From a virus, in the IMG/VR virus record IMGVR_UViG_3300028374_000796: a stretch of 64,000 bases of DNA. One strand, 5' to 3'. A program made the translations under genes and the position numbers. This document shows, piece by piece, positions 1-7,701 of this stretch. The first letter of the stretch is position 1; each line of letters opens with the position of its first letter. The notes under the pieces were generated by a model that made no database searches, was not told the origin of the DNA, and saw nothing but the letters and a program-made list of their open reading frames with translations.

Positions 1-448
1 TACCATTGAAACGAGCCATAACATCCCCATATTTCCCTTGCTTTAGGGAAGGATCCTGCTCTTCGGTTTCAATAATGATGCCTTCCTGACCTTCAAACTC
101 TTCATAGATGTCAAGAGTCGTTTCATTATTATGGGATTTTGTTTCGATCAGACATTTATCCCCTTTCTCCCACCTCAACGCACCCTTAGGTTTCTTTCCT
201 TTAGGCTCTTTTACCTCTATCCCCCAACCACGCTCAATAAACTTAACCATGTCCCTTACCTTGGTAGCCTCGTCCCTCATCTGCGCCCATCTAATGAATC
301 GTTCCGTCGTTTCATTAATGGCTATCTTTTGATGTACAGATTCTTTAGGAATAGAGGAGGCTTTCTTTTTCGCAAAGGACAGAAATTCATCCTTAAATTC
401 AGGATGTTTACGGGAAAGCTTAATAAGTTTCTTTTTTAGTTTCGACAT
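1..448 (-). CDS. Hypothetical (probable virion) protein with the shared N-terminal leader motif; runs off the window edge and is absent from the ORF track
   Basis: Manual translation from ATG at 448 with GGAG RBS upstream gives MSKLKKKLIKLSRKHPEFKDEFLSFAKKKASSIPKES...DVMARFNG; the frame is open to position 1. Confidence 0.85.
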   Translation of the reverse strand, partial: MSKLKKKLIKLSRKHPEFKDEFLSFAKKKASSIPKESVHQKIAINETTERFIRWAQMRDEATKVRDMVKFIERGWGIEVKEPKGKKPKGALRWEKGDKCLIETKSHNNETTLDIYEEFEGQEGIIIETEEQDPSLKQGKYGDVMARFNG

Positions 449-506
449 AGGAAAATCTCCAAGGATTTAAATTGCAATAAAGAGAGTGCTTCTCCCTATT
501 GGAAAT

Positions 507-514
507 ATAAATAG
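507..514 (-). promoter_or_regulatory. Candidate late-promoter motif CTATTTAT
   Basis: The same 8-mer lies in non-coding DNA upstream of four head/packaging-module genes (507, 7256, 11528, 20549). Confidence 0.4.
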
Positions 515-638
515 AAAAGTGATAGAATTAGGAGGTCTAGGTGAAGGGTTAAAAAGAAAAGTATCTATGTTAGTCTTAGGGGTTCCGGTAGTAGTGGTAG
601 TAGTCATTACTAATTTCTCTACCCTTTTTCTTAGTAAC

Positions 639-2546
639 TCACTTCCTGAATACCAGAACAGGCTCGTATCCTCGGTAACTCAAATTAGACAGAGGCATTC
701 TCAACGTGTCCTCGTGTACAAAGCCCAGAGAAACAGCACAGGAAGTCGTAAGAGATACTAGAGGAACTGTTTCTTTCGTTTTATTGCTGTCATTCAGATC
801 CGCAATATTAATGACTAAGTACCCACCCTCCTTTAAGTGGGTAAGGGCAGTCTTGAAAATAGGCTTCAAAAACCCGTCAGTCCAATCCTGTGCTGTCGAC
901 CCATAGTTTAAGTACGACTGACCATCTGCAGAAGAGTATTGCTCACGATCGAAATAAGGAGGGCTTGTGAATACTAGATCCAAAGGTCTGGATATATCAA
1001 AAAGTTCAGCTTCTTGATGTACTATCCTAGCTTCTAGATCTCCGACCTGACCCAATCTCTTCAAGTCTTTATAGATTTTCCTATTGCCTTCTACCGTTTC
1101 CAAATCAACGTCAGTACCTATATAGTTCATTTGAGAAGACATTGCTCCCAAGAGACGACCTCCATAGCCGCAGCAAGGATCCCAATACCAACCTCCGGGT
1201 TGACCATAGGTATCACAAATGAACTTAGCTTGTGCAGGTTTGAATAGGGTAGGAGTCCTCAGATTGGCTTGTAAAGCTCGCCTTACTCTCTTAGGGGTAA
1301 CAGGTGACCCATATTTTAACTGAAAGGTTACAGCTTGTTTTAATTGATCTCGGTCATACCATCCTTCCCTGCAGGACATTGAAGCTTCTGAATTTAACGC
1401 TTTGTACCGATTAAGGAAATAAGGTCTGCATAGTTCCAATCCATAATAAGAATTAGGTCTTATTTCTTTTTCTTCGTTAAGCGCCATCTCTTTTGTGGAT
1501 AATTTTTGAAACTCTAAACGAAACTGTTTATCTACTACTTGGAAAGGTTCGGGAAAAGGAGTCCTTAATAGTATGTCAATAGCCCTTTCCCTGTCAAGAA
1601 TCTGTTGTTCATTATCAAGGTCATTCCACCCCTCATAGTCTATGTCCTCCAGAAGACTCTCACTTGCCTCCAGGGATAACACATTATGCGAGCTATAATC
1701 GGTGTCACACTTCTTTGCCCGTCTCCAACACGTTACTTTGGGGACGCCGTAAATCGTTTCCATTTGGTCAAAAGACATGCCAAAGAATTGGTTAAGGAGG
1801 GCAGCTTTTTGTGGGGTGATATCTTTTTTCGGCACTTTAACCTTTAATTCTAGAATATCAGGAAGAAAAGAAATGTCATCTGACTCCAAGGTATAAGCCT
1901 CTATTCTCTTCTTGACATGGGAACCTTGACCTTCCATAATAATGAGGTTACCTTTTATTTTGGCTTTTTCAAATCCCAGGTCCCGTAATAGTTTACAGAG
2001 ACGTTTTCGATCCGCTTTGCTATATGAGTTACGGGTTGGAACATGAACATCTAAACCGTCAAACGTCCAATTCCCCTCTACGAACCATGTTAAGAGAAAT
2101 AGGTCTTCTTCTACAATATTTACAATTAGTTCGTAAGGTATTTGGCGTCTCCCTATTTGGTTTGTCGAAGAGGAATAAAACTCACGAAGGGGTTGAATGA
2201 GTTTAGAACTAACACTCATCAAGCGATACCCACCTCCGCTGTTGTCTTCTTTAAGAGAGGATACCAATGAGGGTCCTAACTTCTTTTCCTTCCATTTTAA
2301 CCAGTCTAGATCATGGGAAGTCTGAATAAATTGTGCAGTCTTATTAAGACTTACTTCCCGGACGGTAGACCCACAGATGAGAGTAGCCATTAAGATAGCT
2401 TTCTGCTCCGGAGTAAGAGAGTTGAGCACGGGCGCTTGAGAGGTCTGAATAAATTGAGCAGTAGATTTCCCTACTTTCATGATGGTAGAACCTGATAAGA
2501 GGGTAGAAGCTATTAAAGCTTTTTGTTCAGGGGATAGATACTTCAA
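639..2546 (-). CDS. DNA methyltransferase (N4-C/N6-A type) fused to a degenerate LAGLIDADG-like domain and an HTH
   Basis: C-terminal SAM motif DPCCGYGGRL and catalytic FTSPPYF. The N-terminus resembles LAGLIDADG_2 motifs (LSPEQKALIASTLLSGS, QTSHDLDWLKWK, LTWFVEG) with the usual GDG/DDG acidic residues altered. Confidence 0.8.
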   Translation of the reverse strand: MKYLSPEQKALIASTLLSGSTIMKVGKSTAQFIQTSQAPVLNSLTPEQKAILMATLICGSTVREVSLNKTAQFIQTSHDLDWLKWKEKKLGPSLVSSLKEDNSGGGYRLMSVSSKLIQPLREFYSSSTNQIGRRQIPYELIVNIVEEDLFLLTWFVEGNWTFDGLDVHVPTRNSYSKADRKRLCKLLRDLGFEKAKIKGNLIIMEGQGSHVKKRIEAYTLESDDISFLPDILELKVKVPKKDITPQKAALLNQFFGMSFDQMETIYGVPKVTCWRRAKKCDTDYSSHNVLSLEASESLLEDIDYEGWNDLDNEQQILDRERAIDILLRTPFPEPFQVVDKQFRLEFQKLSTKEMALNEEKEIRPNSYYGLELCRPYFLNRYKALNSEASMSCREGWYDRDQLKQAVTFQLKYGSPVTPKRVRRALQANLRTPTLFKPAQAKFICDTYGQPGGWYWDPCCGYGGRLLGAMSSQMNYIGTDVDLETVEGNRKIYKDLKRLGQVGDLEARIVHQEAELFDISRPLDLVFTSPPYFDREQYSSADGQSYLNYGSTAQDWTDGFLKPIFKTALTHLKEGGYLVINIADLNDSNKTKETVPLVSLTTSCAVSLGFVHEDTLRMPLSNLSYRGYEPVLVFRK

Positions 2547-2556
2547 TATAGAATCC

Positions 2557-3891
2557 TTATGATTTTACACCAGCACAATAAGGGCACCAATGTCCTTGCC
2601 TGATACTATTAGGAACTGCTTTCCAGACATGTCCTTCTTTGCATTGCCATTCTAATTTAGTTTGGGAGTTTACGTATACAGAGGATAAACACTCACCTTC
2701 GTTCTTTGTTGCGGTTTTTACCATATCTTCTATAGACAACTTAGCATATCCTGAACATTTTCGACACCATTTCCCGCTTAATATATTAGCGGGTTTTGAT
2801 TTCCATTGATGACCCTTCTTACATTCAAATTTCATTTTTTGATGAACATGTACATAATTAGAGGATAACACTTTACCTCCGAGTTTCCTAGCTTTCTTTC
2901 TAAGTAGTGTTAGGCGCTTCGTAGAATGGCTAAAAACATAAGCATCCAGAAAATCTATTTCTTTTGCCCTCATTTCATTTGAGATGTTAATACCTGATGT
3001 TTCTAACGTCTCTAATGCGTAATTCTGGAGATTAGAAATTGAGGTATAAGAAGGTATTTCTGGTATCTCTATCAATACCACAGAATGCTCATTACACAAT
3101 GCTTTCTTTTTCTTATCCCTTTTAACTTGTTTTTTAAAAGCTGCTTTGTCCTTATGAAAGATTCTTGTAAAAGAAAAATGCTGTTCCCCTTGGTGTTCAA
3201 AAGCGATGCCAAGAGATTTATTATACCCGTCTAACTCCATTTGAGTATTTCTTTTGGTTTTTAACCACTTTGGGTATGAAGTAGGAAACTTAGCATCAAA
3301 CACTTGCTCAAATACACACCTAACCAAACGTTCTCCAAGACTAGTATAACACTCGGGGCACCACCTTCCTCTCTTTACGTTATCTGGAGTGGCTTCCCAC
3401 TTATGACCCTCACTACATTGCCATCTAAGTTTTGTGCTTGTGTTGACATAATTAGTAGAAATACATAGACCCCCACGATCAATAGCCAACTCTTCCATTT
3501 CTTCAATAGTTAAACGAATATTTCCAGCACAGTGAGGACACCAAGATCCTAAGTCTTGCACACAGTGGAAAGTAGATTCCCACTGGTGTCCCTCTGAGCA
3601 TTCCCATAGTAAGGGCCTTCTATTATTTATGTATTTATTGGAAAGACACTTCCCTTTGTTTTTGGAGGCAAGATCTTTTGCATCTTCAATTGAATTTTTA
3701 GCCATTCCGGCGCAGTGAGGACACCAGCTATTTTTATTTCGGACATTATCTGGAGAAGCTTTCCATTGATGTCCCTGTGAGCATTCCCAAGTAATAGGTG
3801 TTTTGGCACTGTTATAAACCTTTGCTAGACATGTACCTCCCTTAGAATTAGCAGTTTTTTCAAGATCGTTAAGAGTTAGTTTTCTAGGCAC
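2557..3891 (-). CDS. Zn-ribbon-repeat protein with a central PD-(D/E)XK-like endonuclease domain (probable free-standing homing endonuclease)
   Basis: Five ~57-aa repeats (W-x-C-x2-GH-x-W...WCPxC) flank the segment ELDGYNKSLGIAFEHQGEQH. Confidence 0.75.
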   Translation of the reverse strand: MPRKLTLNDLEKTANSKGGTCLAKVYNSAKTPITWECSQGHQWKASPDNVRNKNSWCPHCAGMAKNSIEDAKDLASKNKGKCLSNKYINNRRPLLWECSEGHQWESTFHCVQDLGSWCPHCAGNIRLTIEEMEELAIDRGGLCISTNYVNTSTKLRWQCSEGHKWEATPDNVKRGRWCPECYTSLGERLVRCVFEQVFDAKFPTSYPKWLKTKRNTQMELDGYNKSLGIAFEHQGEQHFSFTRIFHKDKAAFKKQVKRDKKKKALCNEHSVVLIEIPEIPSYTSISNLQNYALETLETSGINISNEMRAKEIDFLDAYVFSHSTKRLTLLRKKARKLGGKVLSSNYVHVHQKMKFECKKGHQWKSKPANILSGKWCRKCSGYAKLSIEDMVKTATKNEGECLSSVYVNSQTKLEWQCKEGHVWKAVPNSIRQGHWCPYCAGVKS

Positions 3892-4216
3892 TACAATATC
3901 CTATGTTTGGAATTTAGTATAATGAAACATTTATAATTTATATTGTTTCATTTATTAAATATATGAACATCTTTTTAAGTTTTCTAGTGGAGTAATTAAA
4001 TTCTATTTACTATAAAACAATAACGCTAATTTAATAATTTCAATTAATTTGTATTTGCATGTAACTTTAAGACTCTAGTACCCCCTTTCACGTATTAAAT
4101 ATTGTAAAATTCCGCATTTATTCCGAAAAGAGGGTTTGAAACAGATGCAGGAGCGGATCGTTTCAAATGATATTTTCATAACATAATTTTGTTTCAATAT
4201 AGAAAATTCTGAACAT

Positions 4217-4249
4217 AAAAAATCCCCCAGCCCGTGAGGACTGGGGGTC
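4217..4249 (-). terminator. Rho-independent terminator after the major capsid gene
   Basis: Minus strand reads CCCCCAGTCC-TCAC-GGGCTGGGGG-ATTTTTT. Confidence 0.85.
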
Positions 4250-4285
4250 GGTAAAACCTACTCTCAGACTAGCTGAGAGGGATAG

Positions 4286-5164
4286 TTAGCGCTGTACAAC
4301 CAGACGACAAAGGCCGCGTGGGTTGAAGGCACCGATACCTAGGTTTTCAAAAACTGAAAATCCGATGGTTCTAGACTTCGGGTCATCAGCCGAAAGTACC
4401 GTCAATTCGGTACGAACGGGGATACGCCCAAACATTTCCGGATCGCAGCATACATAAACGTATCCGGGTGGTACAAGCCGAGAAACGATGATCTGAGCGC
4501 CCCAAAGGGTAGCCATAAGACCAGTTTTCAGCAAAGTAGCCTGAGATTCGATATCGAGGATTTCTCGACCGAACTTACGAATATCACCGTAATCACGGGC
4601 ATTCATGTAAATTCGAGCAACACGAAGGTCGTGTCTTTCGATTTCTGCAAAAGCATCAGCTAGTACAGAAGAGTTGATTGGTGCAACAACCTGCTGGTCA
4701 GGGTTAGTCTGACCGCTCATGTTATCGAATCCGGAAACTGCGATGGAATCGAGAACTGCAAAAACTCTCTCGTCTTCAGCAGCCTGAATCTGTGCTTTCG
4801 CAAGATCCTGGGCTCTTTCAATGAGGTCGAAACGACGCTCTTTGATCTGAGTCAAAGGAATTTCTGGGTTGGAAGCGATTTCGAATAAGGGAAAGATTAC
4901 TCGACGTGGCTTCTGAATAGCGAGAATGTTCTCGCCTTCCTCACCTACGACATAAGCCGTTACGTCGGGATCTTTGTCATAAATTGGGAGAGCGCCATCG
5001 GGGAGTTGCTCGACGAGAAAAGTCTTTCGTCCAACCGAAGTGTAGTCTCGACGAGTTCTCAAGGGTTGAATCATCGAAGCTGCGAGTTTGGCACGACCAG
5101 CAGCGGTTTTAATATACTCGCTGATGATCTTTTGCTTTACAGCATTATCTAAATTTTGAGACAT
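4286..5164 (-). CDS. Major capsid protein (HK97-fold type)
   Basis: 292 aa with a GGAGG RBS. It is the last gene of a scaffold-decoration-capsid run and is followed by a strong terminator; it has the backbone-helix-like segment IERAQDLAKAQIQAAEDERVFAVLD. Confidence 0.8.
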   Translation of the reverse strand: MSQNLDNAVKQKIISEYIKTAAGRAKLAASMIQPLRTRRDYTSVGRKTFLVEQLPDGALPIYDKDPDVTAYVVGEEGENILAIQKPRRVIFPLFEIASNPEIPLTQIKERRFDLIERAQDLAKAQIQAAEDERVFAVLDSIAVSGFDNMSGQTNPDQQVVAPINSSVLADAFAEIERHDLRVARIYMNARDYGDIRKFGREILDIESQATLLKTGLMATLWGAQIIVSRLVPPGYVYVCCDPEMFGRIPVRTELTVLSADDPKSRTIGFSVFENLGIGAFNPRGLCRLVVQR

Positions 5165-5185
5165 GTGGATTCCTCCAGTCTAAGA

Positions 5186-5809
5186 TTAAACGCGCAGGTC
5201 GAAGAGGACTTCTGCGTGTGCGTTATCAGGGGCGATTTTAACAACTCCGAGTACCGTTGCGTCAGCAGCGGCTCCACCGTCAAGTTCAACGTGAGCATCA
5301 CCAACTAAGTTAGTGAGGTACCCGTTCTGAGAAGCATAGAGGAAGTCCCCTGCGCCATACTCAAGAGCGTCTCCAATAGTAGCAACTACAAGCTGCTGTG
5401 TTTCATACAACATGGAACCCATGGTTCCCTGAGATGAGACATAAGGACCTTTGCCAGAAGCGGGTCCAGGAGTATTTTCATAAGCGTTGCCAGCAGCATC
5501 GTTAATGAAAAGACCAAGAGGACGAACAGCTCCAGCAGCTGCAGTATCAGCTACGGGACCCCCGACAAAACCGTTACCGGCATCTGGTCGGGTGAAAGCG
5601 ACGGATCCTGAAAGGACACCGTACTTGGGAGTTGTTGCAAGTCGCTCGGAGCGGGTACCCGCTGCGTCTACGACGGGAGGATTGGTTTGAGTGAAACCAT
5701 CAGTGGTAAGTTCAGCAGCAAACGAGTTGCGATGTCCTACATATAGAATACGGAGGGCCGAAGATGCACCTTTGAAATCATCACTCGCCTGTCCAGGCAT
5801 ATTTGACAT
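5186..5809 (-). CDS. Probable head decoration/cement protein
   Basis: 207 aa, Gly/Ala/Thr-rich, located between the scaffold and the MCP gene. Confidence 0.55.
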   Translation of the reverse strand: MSNMPGQASDDFKGASSALRILYVGHRNSFAAELTTDGFTQTNPPVVDAAGTRSERLATTPKYGVLSGSVAFTRPDAGNGFVGGPVADTAAAGAVRPLGLFINDAAGNAYENTPGPASGKGPYVSSQGTMGSMLYETQQLVVATIGDALEYGAGDFLYASQNGYLTNLVGDAHVELDGGAAADATVLGVVKIAPDNAHAEVLFDLRV

Positions 5810-5853
5810 GATATTTCTCCTTAAAAGGATTGGGGTTTACTTTACATTTGTGA

Positions 5854-5895
5854 AAGCGGAAATCCGCTTCTGGGTTAACGGGACCCGAAGGCCCC
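5854..5895 (-). promoter_or_regulatory. Two tandem stable hairpins between the scaffold and decoration genes
   Basis: GGGGCC-TTCG-GGTCCC (C(UUCG)G tetraloop) and AAGCGG-ATTT-CCGCTT. Confidence 0.55.
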
Positions 5896-5910
5896 TTTAC
5901 ATCGTACTAC

Positions 5911-7101
5911 TTAAAATACGTCAGAAACGTCGGGATCGGACTGCCAGAGTTTCGAGAGATCAACATCATCTCTCCCTCCGTCAGACGCTGCTTTCACCCG
6001 CCCGCCAAGACTTTGAACTCCTTTGGAACCTGATGCTTGGCGTTGGCCTTGCGTAGATTCTTGTTGTGGAGCCTTCGTCTGTGCTTCTTTTGGAACCGTG
6101 CCAGAAAAAAGATTTGCGAGAACAGAGTCGTCTTCAGCAATCGAAGCTCCTACTGTGTCCATCGTTGGTTCAAGTTCGATGTCCATGTCTGTGGGGGCAT
6201 AGCCATCCATATCCATGTCGTCATGATCTTCAAGATGCTCATCAGCATCCATCATTTCCGCAATCATCGCCTCGATCTCAGGGTCTTCCTCTGAGTGAGT
6301 TCCCATATCCATTGGGGTACCTGCTTCTTTATCTTCATCTTCATCATCATCATCTTCGTCATCTTCGTCATCTTCATCTTCGTCGTCTTCGTCATCTTCA
6401 TCTTCGTCCTGTTCAGACAACATCTCACGAAGCATTGCTTCTACTTCGTCATCATCATCGTCCTCTTCATCTTCATCATCTTCGTCTTCTACTTCATCAT
6501 CTTCAGCAAGCATCTCACGAAGCATTGCTTCGATTCGATCTTCATCAAAAGAAGAAGCTTTTTTCTTGCCTTTCTCTTCTTCGTCTTCCTTAGCGTCTTC
6601 CTTAGCGTCGTCTTCTTTCTCTTCTTCGTCGGCATCAGCCAATCGAACAATAGTAGAAATAACAACTTCGTCGGGAAGGCTCATGAAATCAAAAGCCTGC
6701 GCTTCAATAAGGGATTCAGGTGCGCCGGGAAAAAGGGCGTCTGCGATTTTGACACATTGAAATGCTTTTCGCTCCAAGTGTGCATATACATCGCGACTTG
6801 CTTCTCTTTGCTGACTAGCAGACCGGTTACGATCGCCACCATCAAAGGTGTAAGCATTGTCATAGGCATCATCGGAGTTCCACTCATTCACATCTTTGTG
6901 TGTAAGATTGGACTCTGACATATTAGGTTGACCAATTTCATTTCGGCCAAGTGCGGGGTCGTCAGGAAGAGGCTGATGTACATCTTCAGCCCAAGCACTG
7001 GGGTCTCCAGCTTGGTACTTGTCATGAGCAGGTTGCTCACGTTCCTGATTCATTTTATAAGGATCTGCTTTTTTGTTCCAAGAAAGTCTTTTTCGACTCA
7101 T
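5911..7101 (-). CDS. Probable capsid scaffolding protein (very acidic)
   Basis: ATG at 7101 with a GGAGG RBS; long D/E tracts and a repeated EAMLREML; located between the protease and capsid genes. Confidence 0.65.
   Translation of the reverse strand: MSRKRLSWNKKADPYKMNQEREQPAHDKYQAGDPSAWAEDVHQPLPDDPALGRNEIGQPNMSESNLTHKDVNEWNSDDAYDNAYTFDGGDRNRSASQQREASRDVYAHLERKAFQCVKIADALFPGAPESLIEAQAFDFMSLPDEVVISTIVRLADADEEEKEDDAKEDAKEDEEEKGKKKASSFDEDRIEAMLREMLAEDDEVEDEDDEDEEDDDDDEVEAMLREMLSEQDEDEDDEDDEDEDDEDDEDDDDEDEDKEAGTPMDMGTHSEEDPEIEAMIAEMMDADEHLEDHDDMDMDGYAPTDMDIELEPTMDTVGASIAEDDSVLANLFSGTVPKEAQTKAPQQESTQGQRQASGSKGVQSLGGRVKAASDGGRDDVDLSKLWQSDPDVSDVF
6421..6531. repeat. 21-nt direct repeat CATCTCACGAAGCATTGCTTC (two copies, 90-nt period) within a D/E low-complexity tract
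   Basis: Copies at 6421-6441 and 6511-6531. Confidence 0.9.
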
Positions 7102-7255
7102 GATTTTTACCTCCAAACCACGGTGGGGTGGGTATTGTCTTACGAACTAGCGCTAGTTTGTTTGACTTACCCTCTGCCTTTATGGTAAGAAGGTAAGATA
7201 AGTGAAGGGAGAAGGATCTAAGCCTTCCCGCAGTCGCTTCACCTAAAGGGTTTCT
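7102..7255 (-). promoter_or_regulatory. Long structured 5' leader of the scaffold-capsid operon
   Basis: Stems GTGAAG/CTTCAC, TCTTAC/GTAAGA and CTTACC/GGTAAG, plus the palindrome AACTAGCGCTAGTT. Confidence 0.45.
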
Positions 7256-7263
7256 ATAAATAG
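7256..7263 (-). promoter_or_regulatory. Candidate late-promoter motif CTATTTAT
   Basis: Intergenic, upstream of the scaffold-decoration-MCP operon. Confidence 0.4.
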
Positions 7264-7304
7264 AATAGCGAAATAAACCCTAGTTTTTCTTTGTTTAACT
7301 GGAT

Positions 7305-7688
7305 TTAGTCTGAATTTTTGGTAATAAGAGATAGTAGCTCTATTCTCAATTCAGGATTTTTATGTGCAATTCTGATAAGGGAATCTCTCAACTGAGTAGA
7401 AGATTCTTTCTCCAGATCATCTTCTACCTTCTTTTTGCTTTTAGTCTCAGGCTTTTTCTTATTACTCTCGTGCCATTCTTTTTGGATCCTTATTCTGTCT
7501 TCCATAGGCAAAGAATGATATTTAACGTCCTTGCCGGTTTCAGGATGTTTGAACTTCTTTCCTTCCATAGCATCCAAAAACTTACTTTTTCTGCCCTTAG
7601 CACTCGCAAGAAGTGATAGAACTTTGGGCTTGAGTTCAGGGTTTTTATGTGCTACCTTAATCAAGGTATTTCTTAGCTTTTTATTCAT
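7305..7688 (-). CDS. Small basic protein with two copies of the shared leader motif
   Basis: LRNTLIKVAHKNPELKPKVLSLL and LRDSLIRIAHKNPELRIELLSLI. Confidence 0.8.
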   Translation of the reverse strand: MNKKLRNTLIKVAHKNPELKPKVLSLLASAKGRKSKFLDAMEGKKFKHPETGKDVKYHSLPMEDRIRIQKEWHESNKKKPETKSKKKVEDDLEKESSTQLRDSLIRIAHKNPELRIELLSLITKNSD

Positions 7689-7701
7689 GATGGAATCTCT
7701 C

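Noticed and set aside
467-607. 46-codon minus-strand ORF MTTTTTTGTPK...
   Set aside because: Low-complexity start, no clear RBS, and it overlaps the CTATTTAT motif of the next gene; not supportable as a gene.
3921-4198. GTTTCAAT/ATTGAAAC words typical of CRISPR repeat ends
   Set aside because: They are not repeated at regular spacing and there are no full-length repeats or spacers. The Cas4-like nuclease at 36638 has no cas1 or array nearby and is a common phage gene.
6340-6630. TCA/TCT/TCG trinucleotide-like runs as a possible VNTR or contingency locus
   Set aside because: They are explained by D/E codons in the scaffold, with mixed synonymous codons and no pure tandem array.
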